NCBI RefSeq assembly: GCF_030384885.1 | Contig: NZ_CP128613.1 | Source: Escherichia coli | Lineage (GTDB): Bacteria; Pseudomonadota; Gammaproteobacteria; Enterobacterales; Enterobacteriaceae | Length of the DNA stretch: 64,000 nt | Strand: one strand, 5' to 3' | Part shown: one piece after another, positions 1 through 11,983 of the stretch | Layout of the letters: each line of letters begins with the position of its first letter | Numbering within the stretch: the stretch's first letter is position 1 | Position numbers and translations under genes: made by a program | Notes under the pieces: model-generated | Databases searched by the model: none | What the model was told of the DNA's origin: nothing | The model's input: only the letters and a program-made list of their open reading frames with translations

Positions 1-547
1 TGTCGGTGAAAATGGTCGTGGTTCCCATGAATACTGCGATGTGATGGGCCGGGTCGATATTATCACCGGCACGCTCGGTAAAGCGCTGGGCGGGGCTTCT
101 GGTGGTTATACCGCGGCGCGCAAAGAAGTGGTTGAGTGGCTGCGCCAGCGTTCTCGTCCGTACCTGTTCTCCAACTCGTTGGCACCGGCCATTGTTGCCG
201 CTTCCATCAAAGTGCTGGAGATGGTTGAAGCGGGTAGCGAGCTGCGTGACCGTCTGTGGGCGAACGCGCGTCAGTTCCGTGAGCAAATGTCGGCGGCGGG
301 CTTTACCCTGGCGGGTGCCGATCACGCCATTATTCCGGTCATGCTTGGCGATGCTGTAGTGGCGCAAAAATTTGCACGTGAACTGCAAAAAGAGGGCATT
401 TACGTCACCGGTTTCTTCTATCCGGTCGTTCCGAAAGGTCAGGCGCGTATTCGTACCCAGATGTCTGCGGCGCATACCCCTGAGCAAATTACGCGTGCGG
501 TAGAAGCGTTCACGCGTATTGGTAAACAACTGGGCGTAATCGCCTGA
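1..547 (+). CDS. kbl: 2-amino-3-ketobutyrate CoA ligase, 3' portion (5' end lies outside the window)
   Basis: Open frame from position 2 to the stop at 545-547; translation ends ...RIGKQLGVIA and is recognisable as the Kbl C-terminus; followed by tdh 14 nt downstream, as in the kbl-tdh operon. Confidence 0.9.
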   Translation, partial: VGENGRGSHEYCDVMGRVDIITGTLGKALGGASGGYTAARKEVVEWLRQRSRPYLFSNSLAPAIVAASIKVLEMVEAGSELRDRLWANARQFREQMSAAGFTLAGADHAIIPVMLGDAVVAQKFARELQKEGIYVTGFFYPVVPKGQARIRTQMSAAHTPEQITRAVEAFTRIGKQLGVIA

Positions 548-560
548 GTGAGGATGTGAG

Positions 561-1586
561 ATGAAAGCGTTATCCAAACTGAAAGCGGAAGAGGGCATCT
601 GGATGACCGACGTTCCTGAACCGGAACTCGGACATAACGATCTGCTGATTAAAATCCGTAAAACAGCCATCTGCGGGACTGACGTTCACATCTATAACTG
701 GGATGAGTGGTCGCAAAAAACCATCCCAGTACCGATGGTTGTAGGCCATGAATATGTCGGTGAGGTGGTTGGCATCGGTCAGGAAGTGAAAGGCTTCAAG
801 ATCGGCGATCGCGTTTCTGGCGAAGGCCATATCACTTGTGGTCACTGTCGCAACTGTCGTGGTGGCCGTACCCATTTGTGCCGCAACACGATAGGCGTTG
901 GTGTTAATCGCCCGGGCTGCTTCGCCGAATATCTGGTGATTCCGGCGTTCAACGCTTTCAAAATCCCCGACAATATCTCCGATGATCTGGCTTCCATTTT
1001 TGATCCCTTCGGTAACGCCGTGCATACCGCGCTGTCGTTTGATCTGGTGGGCGAGGATGTGCTGGTCTCTGGTGCAGGCCCGATTGGTATTATGGCGGCG
1101 GCGGTGGCGAAACACGTTGGTGCACGTAACGTGGTGATTACTGATGTTAACGAATACCGCCTTGAGTTGGCGCGTAAAATGGGTATCACCCGTGCGGTTA
1201 ACGTCGCTAAAGAGAACCTCAATGATGTGATGGCAGAACTGGGCATGACCGAAGGCTTTGATGTCGGTCTGGAAATGTCCGGTGCGCCGCCAGCGTTTCG
1301 TACCATGCTCGACACCATGAACCACGGCGGTCGCATTGCGATGCTGGGTATTCCGCCGTCTGATATGTCTATCGACTGGACCAAAGTGATCTTTAAAGGC
1401 TTGTTCATTAAAGGTATTTACGGTCGTGAGATGTTTGAAACCTGGTACAAGATGGCGGCGCTGATTCAGTCTGGCCTCGATCTCTCGCCGATCATTACCC
1501 ATCGTTTCTCTATCGATGATTTCCAGAAGGGCTTTGACGCTATGCGTTCGGGCCAGTCCGGGAAAGTTATTCTGAGCTGGGATTAA
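561..1586 (+). CDS. tdh: L-threonine 3-dehydrogenase (zinc alcohol dehydrogenase family)
   Basis: 341 aa [35 protein letters not shown]..., GHEYVGEVV zinc-ADH motif; operon context with kbl. Confidence 0.95.
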   Translation: MKALSKLKAEEGIWMTDVPEPELGHNDLLIKIRKTAICGTDVHIYNWDEWSQKTIPVPMVVGHEYVGEVVGIGQEVKGFKIGDRVSGEGHITCGHCRNCRGGRTHLCRNTIGVGVNRPGCFAEYLVIPAFNAFKIPDNISDDLASIFDPFGNAVHTALSFDLVGEDVLVSGAGPIGIMAAAVAKHVGARNVVITDVNEYRLELARKMGITRAVNVAKENLNDVMAELGMTEGFDVGLEMSGAPPAFRTMLDTMNHGGRIAMLGIPPSDMSIDWTKVIFKGLFIKGIYGREMFETWYKMAALIQSGLDLSPIITHRFSIDDFQKGFDAMRSGQSGKVILSWD

Positions 1587-1594
1587 CACGAACA

Positions 1595-1619
1595 AGGGCT
1601 GGTATTCCAGCCCTTTTTC
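1595..1619 (+). terminator. Rho-independent terminator after tdh
   Basis: GC stem agggctgg / ccagccct with 4-nt loop, followed by a T-run (ccctttttcc), immediately after the tdh stop. Confidence 0.6.
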
Positions 1620-1823
1620 CTGAGGATAATCCGTTAAATATGTAAAATCCTGTCAGTGTAATAAAGAGTTCGTAATTGCGCTGATCTCTTATATAGCTGC
1701 TCTCATTATCTCTCTACCCTGAAGTGACTCTCTCACCTGTAAAAATAATATCTCACAGGCTTAATGGTTTCTTAATACAAAGCCTGTAAAACATCAGGAT
1801 AACTTCAGAGGTCGTCGGTATTT

Positions 1824-2858
1824 ATGATGAACAGCACCAATAAACTCAGTGTTATTATCCCGTTATATAATGCGGGAGATGATTTCCGTACTTGCATGGA
1901 ATCTTTAATCGCGCAAACCTGGACTGCTCTGGAAATCATTATTATTAACGATGGTTCAACGGATAATTCTGTTGAAATAGCAAAGCATTACGCGGAAAAC
2001 TATCCGCACGTTCGTTTGCTGCATCAGGCGAATGCCGGCGCATCGGTGGCGCGTAATCGTGGGATCGAGGCGGCGACGGGTAAATATGTCGCTTTTGTCG
2101 ATGCTGACGATGAGGTCTATCCCACTATGTACGAAACGCTGATGACCATGGCGTTAGAGGACGACCTCGACGTGGCGCAGTGCAACGCTGACTGGTGTTT
2201 TCGTGAAACGGGAGAAACCTGGCAATCCATCCCCAGCGATCGCCTTCGCTCAACCGGCGTATTAACCGGCCCTGATTGGTTGCGGATGGGGCTTTCTTCC
2301 CGCCGTTGGACTCATGTTGTCTGGATGGGGGTTTATCGTCGTGATGTCATTGTTAAAAATAACATTAAATTTATTGCCGGATTACATCATCAGGATATTG
2401 TCTGGACAACAGAATTTATGTTTAACGCGCAACGCGTGCGATATACCGAGCAATCGTTATATAAATATTATTTGCATAATACGTCAGTGAGCCGATTGAA
2501 TAGACAGGGAAATAAAAACCTTAATTATCAACGCCACTATATTAAGATTACCCGACTGTTGGAAAAGTTAAATCGCGATTACGCAGACAGAATAGTGATT
2601 TACCCGGAATTTCATCAACAAATAACTTACGAAGCATTACGTGTTTGCCATGCGGTACGTAAAGAGCCAGATATTATTACCCGCCAACGGATGATTGCTG
2701 AGATATTTACTTCCGGTATGTATAAGCGCCTGATTTCCAATGTACGCAGCATAAAGGTGGGTTATCAGGCGTTACTGTGGTCTTTCCGCTTATGGCAATG
2801 GCGCGACAAAACGCGGTCGCACCATCGCATTACGCGTAGCGCCTTTAATTTGCGCTAG
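1824..2858 (+). CDS. waaH: Family 2 glycosyltransferase (LPS core modification)
   Basis: 344 aa ORF; N-terminal SVIIPLYNAGDD... and DADD motifs typical of GT2; position next to tdh matches K-12 waaH (yibD). Confidence 0.85.
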   Translation: MMNSTNKLSVIIPLYNAGDDFRTCMESLIAQTWTALEIIIINDGSTDNSVEIAKHYAENYPHVRLLHQANAGASVARNRGIEAATGKYVAFVDADDEVYPTMYETLMTMALEDDLDVAQCNADWCFRETGETWQSIPSDRLRSTGVLTGPDWLRMGLSSRRWTHVVWMGVYRRDVIVKNNIKFIAGLHHQDIVWTTEFMFNAQRVRYTEQSLYKYYLHNTSVSRLNRQGNKNLNYQRHYIKITRLLEKLNRDYADRIVIYPEFHQQITYEALRVCHAVRKEPDIITRQRMIAEIFTSGMYKRLISNVRSIKVGYQALLWSFRLWQWRDKTRSHHRITRSAFNLR

Positions 2859-3804
2859 CGTTAAGTTTTGCCGCTTCGGGCTGCTTGCCCCAGCCTTGCC
2901 ACTGATGCTGGAAGTAAACGATCAGCGTGCTCTGGCTGATGCTTTCGCTTAATACTTCAAAGAAGCGATTAGCATAAACCGGTTCCAGCGGTTTCTTCGG
3001 TTTACACAGTTTCACGCCACGGAACGGATTATGCGGTGCATCAGGCACAGCGTTTTTCGGCGGTGTAGAAGTATCAACCTGCGGTTCATTCAGCAAGCTG
3101 CTGGCTTTCACCAGTGTAATGTCTGGCGGCAGGTTATAAACCATCTGTTGCAACACGCGTACCGTTGAAGGGTGAGGATGCCCAATGGCAATGGTCGAAC
3201 CGTTGCGACGCGCCAGGTCAATTGCACGATTAAACTGCACACGGATGTCTGCTTCGTTCTGTGAATCGTCGAGAAACACCTTCCGTTTAATAACCTTCAC
3301 GCCAGTGCCTTGCGCGGCGCGCATCGCCTGGGTATTACCGATGGTTACGCTGTCGAGGAAGTAAAGATTGTAACGCGCCAGTGCCTGCATCACTTTCTGC
3401 ATGCCAAACAGGTTAGAGGTCATCTTGCTACCCATGTGGTTGTTGATCCCCACGGCATAGGGCACGTTATTGACCGCACTACGAATAATGCGCTCAATTT
3501 CGTCGCTGCTCATCTCCGGGCGCAGCGTATTTTTCTCCAGCGGCTGTTTACTCAACGGTGCCATTGGCAGATGAATCAACACTTCGTGACCGCTGTTATG
3601 CGCTTTGGTCGCCATCTCTCTGGCGTGCGGTGAATCGGGTAATACAGCGACGGAGATAGCGGAAGGCATCGCCAGCACCTGGTTTTCGTTGTGCGGGCGA
3701 TACCCAAAATCATCAATGACGATGGCAAGTTTGCCAGCAAGTACAGGGGAGGAGAGCGCCAACAGAGCGGCAAATGCAAGAACGTTACGACGAAATGGAA
3801 ACAA
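2845..3804 (-). CDS. yibQ: Divergent polysaccharide deacetylase family protein
   Basis: 319 aa ORF with N-terminal signal peptide (MFPFRRNVLAFAALLALSSPVLA); same size and position as K-12 yibQ, upstream of envC. Confidence 0.85.
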   Translation of the reverse strand: MFPFRRNVLAFAALLALSSPVLAGKLAIVIDDFGYRPHNENQVLAMPSAISVAVLPDSPHAREMATKAHNSGHEVLIHLPMAPLSKQPLEKNTLRPEMSSDEIERIIRSAVNNVPYAVGINNHMGSKMTSNLFGMQKVMQALARYNLYFLDSVTIGNTQAMRAAQGTGVKVIKRKVFLDDSQNEADIRVQFNRAIDLARRNGSTIAIGHPHPSTVRVLQQMVYNLPPDITLVKASSLLNEPQVDTSTPPKNAVPDAPHNPFRGVKLCKPKKPLEPVYANRFFEVLSESISQSTLIVYFQHQWQGWGKQPEAAKLNASAN

Positions 3805-3807
3805 AAC

Positions 3808-5067
3808 TTATCTTCCCAACCACGGCTGTGGATTGACCGCCTGACCCTGGCGGCGAATTTCGAAATAGAGTGAAGGCCGACCCTGACCGCCACTGCTGCC
3901 CACCAGTGCAATTGGCTGGCCCGCGCGAACCTGCGAACCAACGCTCACCAGTGCGCTCTGATTATAGCCGTAAAGACTCATGTCGCCTTTACCATGCTCA
4001 ACCACCACCACCAGACCGTAGCCTTGCAGCCAGTCAGCCAGAATCACCCGACCGTCGGCAATCGCTTTAACTTCAGTACCTTCAGAAGCACCAATCACCA
4101 TCCCTTTCCAGCGCAGCTCACCCTGTAGCTGTTCACCATAGCGATGCAGCGTCGGCCCGCGAACCGGCCAGAATGCCTGACCACGCGGCGCGCCCAGGCC
4201 ACCAGTTCGGGACATCAGCGATTTTTCGCTTTCGGTCGGTTTGTAGGTGGTGCCTTTGCGCGTCGCTTCTTTCTGACGGTCGCGAACCGCCTGGGCTTCG
4301 CGCGCCTCACGTTCAGCACGCGCTTTCGCTGCCGCTTCCGCACGGGCAATGCTGTTACGCAGACGAGATTCGTTGGCGCGCAGCTCGCTCAACTGTTGTT
4401 GACCTTGCTGGATGGAAGACTCTAGCCCAGCCAGCGTCTTTTTACGCTCGTTCAGCGCCTGGGTCAGCTTCGCCTGTTGGGCGCGCTGCTCATATAACAG
4501 TGTTTGTTGCTCGCTCTGTTTCTCTTCCAGCTCGGCGCGTTGCATAGCGACTTCTTCACGCGTTTGTTTCAACTGAGCAATGGTTTCTTGTCGCGCCTGG
4601 TTGAGATAACCGAAATAAGCCTGTAAACGCTGACCACGCTGGCTTTCTTCACCGCTGAGAATGAGCTGAATACCGGTATGCTCGCCCTGACGAAACGCGG
4701 CATCCAGTTGCGCGGCGAGGCTGCGTTCCTGGGCGGCTTTTTGCTGCTCCAGTTTGGCAATCGATGCGTTCATCTCATCAATCTGTTTATTCAGTTGATT
4801 GAGTGTGTTTTGCGTTTCGCGCAGCTTGCGAGTGGCTTCAGAGATCGCTTCTTCCTGCTTTTTCAATTGTGCGAGCAGGCTTGCGCGTTGTTGTTGCTTT
4901 TGGCGTACCGCGCGCTCTTTCGCGGCGATATCGGCCTGAATAGATTTGAGTTGGTCGCGATCATCCGCGTGGGCGGAAAAGGCGCACAACAATACGCCAG
5001 CGCTAAGAACGCTGGCGTAGATGATAGGCCTGATTGCAAACCTGCGCGGTTTCACGGCCCGTGTCAT
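3808..5067 (-). CDS. envC: Murein hydrolase activator EnvC (coiled-coil plus LytM/M23 domain)
   Basis: Long Q/A/E-rich coiled-coil followed by a C-terminal M23-like domain; start placed at the internal ATG (MTRAVKPRRF..., 419 aa) rather than the ORF-track start. Confidence 0.9.
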   Translation of the reverse strand: MTRAVKPRRFAIRPIIYASVLSAGVLLCAFSAHADDRDQLKSIQADIAAKERAVRQKQQQRASLLAQLKKQEEAISEATRKLRETQNTLNQLNKQIDEMNASIAKLEQQKAAQERSLAAQLDAAFRQGEHTGIQLILSGEESQRGQRLQAYFGYLNQARQETIAQLKQTREEVAMQRAELEEKQSEQQTLLYEQRAQQAKLTQALNERKKTLAGLESSIQQGQQQLSELRANESRLRNSIARAEAAAKARAEREAREAQAVRDRQKEATRKGTTYKPTESEKSLMSRTGGLGAPRGQAFWPVRGPTLHRYGEQLQGELRWKGMVIGASEGTEVKAIADGRVILADWLQGYGLVVVVEHGKGDMSLYGYNQSALVSVGSQVRAGQPIALVGSSGGQGRPSLYFEIRRQGQAVNPQPWLGR

Positions 5068-5100
5068 GGTATTAATCGCCTTTCCCCTCATGGGGAGGGA

Positions 5101-6645
5101 TTATTCCACGATGAACAGCGGCTTACCAGTCATCTCTTGCGGGATTTCCATACCCATCAGCGACAACATGGTCGGCGCGATGTCAGAAAGTTTGCCGCCT
5201 TCAACCGCTTTCACGTTCTTATCGCCAACGTAAATCAGCGGAACAGGCAGGTTGGTGTGCGCTGTGTGCGCCTGACCCGTTGCCGGATCGCGCATCTGTT
5301 CAGCGTTACCGTGGTCAGCGGTGATCAGCAGTTGTCCACCTACAGACTCAACCGCTTTCGCAACTTCATCCACGCAGTGATCCAGCGCTTCAACGGCTTT
5401 AACCGCTGCTTCCATCACCCCGGTGTGACCTACCATGTCGCCGTTAGGATAGTTACAGATGATAGTGTCGTATTTGCCGCTCTTGATGGCCGCAACCAGT
5501 TTTTCGGTCAGCTCTGCGGAGCTCATTTCCGGTTGCAGGTCGTAAGTAGCGACTTTCGGTGAGTTGATCAGAATGCGATCTTCGCCTTTGAACGACTCTT
5601 CTACGCCACCGTTGAAGAAGAAAGTGACGTGGGCATATTTTTCGGTTTCGGAAATACGCAGCTGAGTTTTGTCGTTTTTCGCCATCCACTCGCCGAAGGT
5701 GTTAACCAGAGAAGCTGGCGGGTAAGCAACCGCAGTTTTGATGTCAGCAGCGTATTCGGTCAGCATCACGAAATCGATGTTAACTACTTTCTTACGCGCG
5801 AAGCCGTCGAAATCAGCGTTCACGAAAGCACGAGTGATTTCACGCGCGCGGTCAGCACGGAAGTTCATGAAAATCAGCGCGTCGCCGTCTTCCATTGCCG
5901 CGTCTGGCTGGCCTTCAGCACGGATAACGGTCGCTTTCACGAATTCGTCGTTTTCGTCGCGAGCATAAGCAGCCTGCAAACCGGCAACAGCGGTGTCGGC
6001 CTGGAATTCGCCCTGCGCCAGCGTCAGCAGGTCATACGCTTTTTCAACGCGATCCCAACGATTGTCGCGGTCCATGGCGTAGTAACGACCAATGATGGAC
6101 GCTACGCGGCCTTTGCCCAGCGCGGCAAATTTCTCTTCGAATTTTTTCAGCGAGGATTCAGCACTGCGCGGCGGGGTGTCGCGACCGTCAAGGAATGCGT
6201 GCAGGTAGATTTTTTCTGCGCCGCGTTCCGCTGCCAGTTCTACCATCGCCATGATGTGATCTTCGTGGCTGTGTACACCACCTGCGGACAGCAGACCCAT
6301 AATGTGTACTGCTTTGCCCGCATTTTTCGCTTTATCTACCGCACCAGTCAGCACCGGATTAGCGAAGAAAGCGCGATCTTTGATTTCAACGTCCAGACGA
6401 GTCAGGTCCTGATACACGATGCGGCCGGCACCCAGGTTAACGTGGCCTACTTCGGAGTTACCCATTTGACGGTCAGGCAGACCGACTTCCAGACCGGAAG
6501 CGTCGATCAGGGTATGCGGACGATTGGCCCACAGTGCATCCATTACCGGGGTTTTAGCACTAAAAATGGCGTTATCCTGCTGTTCTTCGCGATAGCCATA
6601 GCCATCCAGAATCACCAGTACCATAGGTTTTTTAGAAACCGACAT
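5101..6645 (-). CDS. gpmM: 2,3-bisphosphoglycerate-independent phosphoglycerate mutase
   Basis: Start placed at [17 protein letters not shown] (514 aa), with a GAGG Shine-Dalgarno 8 nt upstream; the 562 aa track ORF is an upstream in-frame extension. Confidence 0.95.
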   Translation of the reverse strand: MSVSKKPMVLVILDGYGYREEQQDNAIFSAKTPVMDALWANRPHTLIDASGLEVGLPDRQMGNSEVGHVNLGAGRIVYQDLTRLDVEIKDRAFFANPVLTGAVDKAKNAGKAVHIMGLLSAGGVHSHEDHIMAMVELAAERGAEKIYLHAFLDGRDTPPRSAESSLKKFEEKFAALGKGRVASIIGRYYAMDRDNRWDRVEKAYDLLTLAQGEFQADTAVAGLQAAYARDENDEFVKATVIRAEGQPDAAMEDGDALIFMNFRADRAREITRAFVNADFDGFARKKVVNIDFVMLTEYAADIKTAVAYPPASLVNTFGEWMAKNDKTQLRISETEKYAHVTFFFNGGVEESFKGEDRILINSPKVATYDLQPEMSSAELTEKLVAAIKSGKYDTIICNYPNGDMVGHTGVMEAAVKAVEALDHCVDEVAKAVESVGGQLLITADHGNAEQMRDPATGQAHTAHTNLPVPLIYVGDKNVKAVEGGKLSDIAPTMLSLMGMEIPQEMTGKPLFIVE

Positions 6646-6889
6646 TGCGACAACCTCATACTCAAGAGTCAAAATTTGCGTAATTTTACTACAGCTGAAT
6701 CGATAAAATAGCCTCTGAAGATCAAAATATACGACCGCTCGCGGCAAGCCGATGCCAGATTTACGCTTTTTTTTCGTAGCGCCCCGCAAAATTGCATTCC
6801 AGTTAACGCGCTGGCTGTATTTGCCGCACCGCGCAGGTATACTCCTTTCCTGGTTTTTTTAATCACTACGTCGGGAGTTGTTACCCCCC

Positions 6890-7321
6890 ATGCAAGAAAT
6901 TATGCAATTTGTTGGCCGTCATCCCATACTGAGTATCGCCTGGATCGCGTTACTGGTGGCGGTTCTTGTGACTACGTTTAAGAGCCTGACCTCGAAAGTG
7001 AAGGTGATTACTCGTGGTGAAGCTACACGTCTGATCAACAAAGAAGACGCTGTGGTTGTGGATTTACGTCAGCGTGATGACTTCCGTAAAGGCCATATCG
7101 CAGGTTCTATCAATCTGTTGCCGAGCGAAATCAAAGCCAATAATGTTGGTGAGCTTGAGAAGCACAAAGACAAGCCGGTTATCGTGGTAGACGGTTCTGG
7201 CATGCAGTGCCAGGAGCCTGCAAACGCGCTGACGAAAGCAGGTTTTGCGCAAGTATTCGTGCTGAAAGAGGGCGTAGCTGGCTGGGCTGGCGAGAACTTG
7301 CCCCTGGTGCGCGGCAAATAA
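6890..7321 (+). CDS. yibN: Rhodanese-domain inner membrane protein
   Basis: 143 aa from ATG at 6890 ([26 protein letters not shown]..., one TM helix then rhodanese-like domain); GGGAG Shine-Dalgarno upstream; the track start at 6878 is a TTG. Confidence 0.85.
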
Positions 7322-7462
7322 TTTACCTGTCGTCTTTCATGATGCAGGCCGTTAGCTGCAATTAGGCCCCCTGAGACTTATTGTTATAAGCTTCTGGGGA
7401 CACTCCATTTTGCTGCCGCCCTGCAACATGAAATTTCAGGGTAAAAAAACAGGAGCTAATTT

Positions 7463-7714
7463 ATGGCCAATGTTGAAATCTATACCAAAGAAACCTGCCC
7501 GTATTGCCATCGTGCGAAAGCACTGCTGAGCAGCAAGGGTGTGAGTTTTCAGGAGTTGCCGATCGATGGCAACGCCGCTAAGCGTGAAGAGATGATCAAA
7601 CGCAGCGGTCGCACCACGGTTCCCCAGATTTTTATTGACGCACAGCACATTGGCGGCTGTGATGACTTGTATGCATTGGATGCACGTGGTGGACTGGATC
7701 CCCTGCTGAAATAA
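7463..7714 (+). CDS. grxC: Glutaredoxin 3
   Basis: 83 aa; CPYC active-site motif ([11 protein letters not shown]). Confidence 0.95.
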
Positions 7715-7776
7715 CGTGTGAACGTTGGCATTACATTGCGCAGTATTTAAGGACAACACTTAAGGGTTTTCGACAC

Positions 7777-8244
7777 ATGTCAGAACAAAACAACACTGAA
7801 ATGACTTTCCAGATCCAACGTATTTATACCAAGGATATCTCTTTCGAAGCGCCGAATGCGCCGCACGTTTTCCAGAAAGATTGGCAGCCAGAAGTTAAAC
7901 TTGATCTGGATACGGCATCTTCTCAACTGGCAGATGACGTTTACGAAGTGGTACTGCGTGTTACCGTAACGGCATCCCTGGGCGAAGAAACTGCGTTCCT
8001 GTGCGAAGTTCAGCAGGGCGGTATTTTCTCCATCGCGGGTATCGAAGGCACCCAGATGGCACATTGCCTGGGCGCGTACTGCCCGAACATTCTGTTCCCG
8101 TATGCTCGTGAGTGCATCACCAGCATGGTATCCCGCGGTACATTCCCGCAACTGAACCTTGCGCCGGTTAACTTCGATGCGCTGTTCATGAACTATTTGC
8201 AGCAGCAGGCTGGCGAAGGTACTGAAGAACATCAGGATGCCTGA
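7777..8244 (+). CDS. secB: Protein-export chaperone SecB
   Basis: 155 aa; [29 protein letters not shown]... recognised as SecB. Confidence 0.95.
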
Positions 8245-9263
8245 TGAACCAACGTAATGCTTCAATGACTGTGATCGGTGCCGGCTCGTACGGCACTGCT
8301 CTTGCCATCACCCTGGCAAGAAATGGCCACGAGGTTGTTCTCTGGGGCCATGACCCTGAACATATCGCGACGCTTGAACGCGACCGCTGTAACGCCGCGT
8401 TTCTCCCCGATGTGCCTTTTCCCGATACGCTCCATCTTGAAAGCGATCTCGCTACCGCACTGGCAGCCAGCCGTAATATTCTTGTCGTCGTGCCAAGCCA
8501 TGTCTTTGGTGAAGTGCTGCGCCAGATTAAACCGCTGATGCGCCCTGATGCGCGTCTGGTGTGGGCGACCAAAGGTCTGGAAGCGGAAACCGGACGTTTG
8601 TTACAGGACGTGGCGCGTGAGGCGTTAGGCGATCAAATTCCGCTGGCGGTTATCTCTGGCCCAACGTTTGCGAAAGAACTGGCGGCAGGTTTACCGACGG
8701 CTATTTCGTTGGCCTCTACCGACCAAACCTTTGCTGATGATCTTCAGCAGTTGCTGCACTGTGGTAAAAGTTTCCGCGTTTACAGCAACCCGGATTTCAT
8801 TGGCGTGCAACTTGGCGGCGCGGTGAAAAACGTCATTGCCATTGGCGCGGGGATGTCCGACGGTATCGGTTTTGGTGCGAATGCGCGTACGGCGCTGATC
8901 ACCCGAGGTCTGGCTGAAATGTCGCGTCTTGGCGCGGCGTTGGGGGCCGATCCTGCCACCTTTATGGGCATGGCGGGGCTGGGTGATCTGGTACTTACCT
9001 GTACCGACAACCAGTCGCGTAACCGCCGTTTTGGCATGATGCTCGGTCAGGGCATGGATGTACAAAGCGCGCAGGAGAAAATTGGTCAGGTGGTGGAAGG
9101 CTACCGCAATACGAAAGAAGTCCGCGAACTGGCGCATCGCTTCGGCGTTGAAATGCCAATAACCGAGGAAATTTATCAAGTATTATATTGCGGAAAAAAC
9201 GCGCGCGAGGCAGCATTGACGTTATTAGGTCGTGCACGCAAGGACGAGCGCAGCAGCCACTAA
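8244..9263 (+). CDS. gpsA: NAD(P)H-dependent glycerol-3-phosphate dehydrogenase
   Basis: 339 aa; N-terminal Rossmann motif [12 protein letters not shown]; start overlaps the secB stop. Confidence 0.95.
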   Translation: MNQRNASMTVIGAGSYGTALAITLARNGHEVVLWGHDPEHIATLERDRCNAAFLPDVPFPDTLHLESDLATALAASRNILVVVPSHVFGEVLRQIKPLMRPDARLVWATKGLEAETGRLLQDVAREALGDQIPLAVISGPTFAKELAAGLPTAISLASTDQTFADDLQQLLHCGKSFRVYSNPDFIGVQLGGAVKNVIAIGAGMSDGIGFGANARTALITRGLAEMSRLGAALGADPATFMGMAGLGDLVLTCTDNQSRNRRFGMMLGQGMDVQSAQEKIGQVVEGYRNTKEVRELAHRFGVEMPITEEIYQVLYCGKNAREAALTLLGRARKDERSSH

Positions 9264-9342
9264 ACCCAGGGAACCTTTGTTACCGCTATGACCCGGCCCG
9301 CGCAGAACGGGCCGGTCATTATCTCATCGTGTGGAGTAAGCA

Positions 9343-10164
9343 ATGTCGTGTGAAGAACTGGAAATTGTCTGGAACAATATTAAAGCTGAAGCCAGAACGC
9401 TGGCGGACTGTGAGCCAATGCTGGCCAGTTTTTACCACGCGACGCTACTCAAGCACGAAAACCTGGGCAGTGCACTGAGTTACATGTTGGCGAACAAGCT
9501 GTCATCGCCAATTATGCCTGCCATTGCTATCCGTGAAGTGGTGGAAGAAGCCTACGCCGCCGACCCGGAAATGATCGCTTCTGCGGCCTGTGATATTCAG
9601 GCAGTGCGTACCCGCGACCCGGCAGTCGATAAATACTCAACCCCATTGTTATATCTGAAAGGTTTTCATGCCTTGCAGGCCTATCGCATAGGTCACTGGC
9701 TGTGGAATCAGGGCCGTCGCGCACTGGCTATTTTTCTGCAAAACCAGGTTTCTGTGACGTTCCAGGTGGATATTCATCCGGCGGCAAAAATTGGTCGCGG
9801 TATCATGCTCGACCACGCGACGGGCATTGTGGTGGGTGAAACTGCGGTGATTGAAAATGACGTGTCGATTCTGCAATCCGTTACCCTTGGCGGTACGGGA
9901 AAATCTGGCGGCGACCGTCACCCGAAAATTCGTGAAGGCGTGATGATTGGCGCAGGTGCGAAAATTCTCGGTAATATTGAAGTTGGTCGCGGTGCGAAGA
10001 TTGGCGCAGGTTCCGTGGTGCTGCAACCGGTACCGCCACATACCACCGCCGCTGGCGTTCCGGCACGCATTGTCGGTAAACCAGACAGCGATAAGCCATC
10101 AATGGATATGGATCAGCATTTCAACGGCATTAACCATACGTTTGAATATGGGGATGGGATCTGA
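9343..10164 (+). CDS. cysE: Serine O-acetyltransferase
   Basis: 273 aa; hexapeptide-repeat left-handed beta-helix in the C-terminal half; recognised as CysE. Confidence 0.95.
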   Translation: MSCEELEIVWNNIKAEARTLADCEPMLASFYHATLLKHENLGSALSYMLANKLSSPIMPAIAIREVVEEAYAADPEMIASAACDIQAVRTRDPAVDKYSTPLLYLKGFHALQAYRIGHWLWNQGRRALAIFLQNQVSVTFQVDIHPAAKIGRGIMLDHATGIVVGETAVIENDVSILQSVTLGGTGKSGGDRHPKIREGVMIGAGAKILGNIEVGRGAKIGAGSVVLQPVPPHTTAAGVPARIVGKPDSDKPSMDMDQHFNGINHTFEYGDGI

Positions 10165-10178
10165 CGTCCTGTGATTGT

Positions 10179-10207
10179 GCCGGATGCGATGTAATCATCT
10201 ATCCGGC
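10179..10207. terminator. Stem-loop between convergent cysE and trmL (possible bidirectional terminator)
   Basis: Inverted repeat gccggat ... atccggc around a 15-nt loop, in the 52-bp gap between two convergent genes. Confidence 0.4.
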
Positions 10208-10216
10208 ATACAGTAA

Positions 10217-10690
10217 CTAATCTCTCAACACCGCTCCCGGATACCCCAGCTGTCGCCAGGCTTCATACACCACGACCGACACCGCATTGGACAGGTTCAT
10301 GCTGCGGCTGTCCGGCACCATTGGAATGCGAATTTTTTGTTCAGCGGGCAGGGCATCGAGAATGCTCGCGGGCAGGCCGCGTGTTTCCGGGCCAAACATC
10401 AGATAGTCGCCATCCTGATAACTTACGGCGCTGTGTGCGGGTGTGCCTTTCGTGGTGAGGGCAAACAGACGCTGGGGATTTTCTGCTTCCAGGAACGCAG
10501 CATAGTTATGATGACGCGTAACGGCGGTAAATTCGTGGTAGTCCAGTCCTGCGCGGCGCAGGCGCTTGTCGTCCCAGGCAAATCCCATCGGTTCGATGAT
10601 ATGCAGACGAAAGCCGGTATTAGCGCAAAGACGGATGATGTTGCCAGTATTTGGCGGAATTTCTGGTTCGTAAAGTACGATGTTTAGCAT
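10217..10690 (-). CDS. trmL: tRNA (cytidine/uridine-2'-O)-methyltransferase, SpoU/TrmH family
   Basis: 157 aa; [26 protein letters not shown]... SPOUT-class signature. Confidence 0.9.
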   Translation of the reverse strand: MLNIVLYEPEIPPNTGNIIRLCANTGFRLHIIEPMGFAWDDKRLRRAGLDYHEFTAVTRHHNYAAFLEAENPQRLFALTTKGTPAHSAVSYQDGDYLMFGPETRGLPASILDALPAEQKIRIPMVPDSRSMNLSNAVSVVVYEAWRQLGYPGAVLRD

Positions 10691-10699
10691 ACTGCCCCC

Positions 10700-10790
10700 T
10701 TAGTGCGGGGGCAGGATAGCAGAAAATTGAGAAGTGGTGCGGCCTTTTCCCCTCACCCCGGCCCTCTCCCCGGAGGGGCGAGGGGGAAAC
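10700..10790. repeat. GC-rich palindromic intergenic repeat
   Basis: cctcaccccggccctctccccggaggggcgaggggg: nested inverted repeats of the type found in E. coli intergenic repeat families. Confidence 0.4.
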
Positions 10791-10792
10791 GA

Positions 10793-11983
10793 CTATGCGG
10801 CATTCCCTTTCGCCATCGGAGCCAGCGCCGCAGGCAACTCTTTACCCAGCCCCTGCACCAGCGAATCTTGCGTAATTTCACTGATCGATTTTGCGCCAGT
10901 CAGTGTCATTGCCACTTTCATCTCTTTTTCGATCAGATTCAGCAGATTTGCCACGCCCGCTTGGCCCGCCGTTGCCAGCGCATACAGGAAAGCACGACCC
11001 AGTAGTACAGTATCGGCACCGAGTGCAATCATACGCACGACATCAAGCCCGTTACGAATGCCGCTATCTGCCAGAATGGCGATATCACCTTTCACCGCAT
11101 CTGCAATAGCAGGCAACGCACGGGCAGAAGAGAGTACACCGTCCAGCTGGCGGCCACCGTGGTTAGAAACCACAATGCCATCTGCGCCAAAACGTACCGC
11201 ATCACGCGCATCTTCTGGGTCGAGGATCCCTTTGATCACCATCGGGCCATCCCAGAAATCGCGGATCCACTCAAGGTCTTTCCATGAGATAGAAGGATCG
11301 AAGTTATTCCCTAGCCAGCCGATGTAATCTTCCAGTCCGGTCGGTTTGCCGAGATAAGCCGAGATATTACCGAGATCATGCGGACGACCATTCAGGCCCA
11401 CATCCCACGCCCATTGCGGATGCGTTACCGCCTGCAAGTAGCGGCGCATTGCCGCGTTCGGGCCGCTCATTCCAGAGTGCGCATCACGGTAACGCGCACC
11501 AGGCGTTGGCATATCCACAGTGAAGACCAGAGTTGAACAGCCTGCCGCTTTTGCACGCTCCAGCGCGTTACGCATAAAGCCGCGATCGCGCAGCACATAT
11601 AACTGGAACCACATCGGACGCTTGATGGCGGGGGCGACTTCTTCAATTGGGCAAACAGAAACGGTCGAGAGAGTAAACGGAATGCCATGTGCATCCGCTG
11701 CTTTTGCGGCCTGAACTTCGCCGCGTCGCGCATACATGCCACACAAACCTACCGGACCTAGCGCCACCGGCATCGACAATTTCTCATTAAACAGCGTCGT
11801 TTCCAGGCTTAAGTCGGACATGTTTTTCAGAATTCGCTGGCGCAGCGCCACCTCTGACAAATCTTCCACGTTGCGGCGCAGGGTGTATTCAGAATATGCC
11901 CCCCCATCCATATAGTGGAACAGGAATGGCGGCAGAATGCGTTGTGCTGCGGCGCGATAATCGCTGGCTGCGGAAATAATCAT
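10793..11983 (-). CDS. lldD: L-lactate dehydrogenase (FMN-dependent)
   Basis: 396 aa; alpha-hydroxy-acid oxidase family; last gene of the lldPRD operon. Confidence 0.95.

Noticed and set aside
570-1595. 341-aa minus-strand ORF covering the whole of tdh
   Set aside because: It is exactly antisense to a well-recognised gene; long antisense ORFs are common in GC-rich coding sequence and this one has no recognisable domain.
9290-9316. GC-rich stem-loop between gpsA and cysE
   Set aside because: It is a clear hairpin, but the downstream tract is not T-rich, so I cannot support a terminator or attenuator call from sequence alone.
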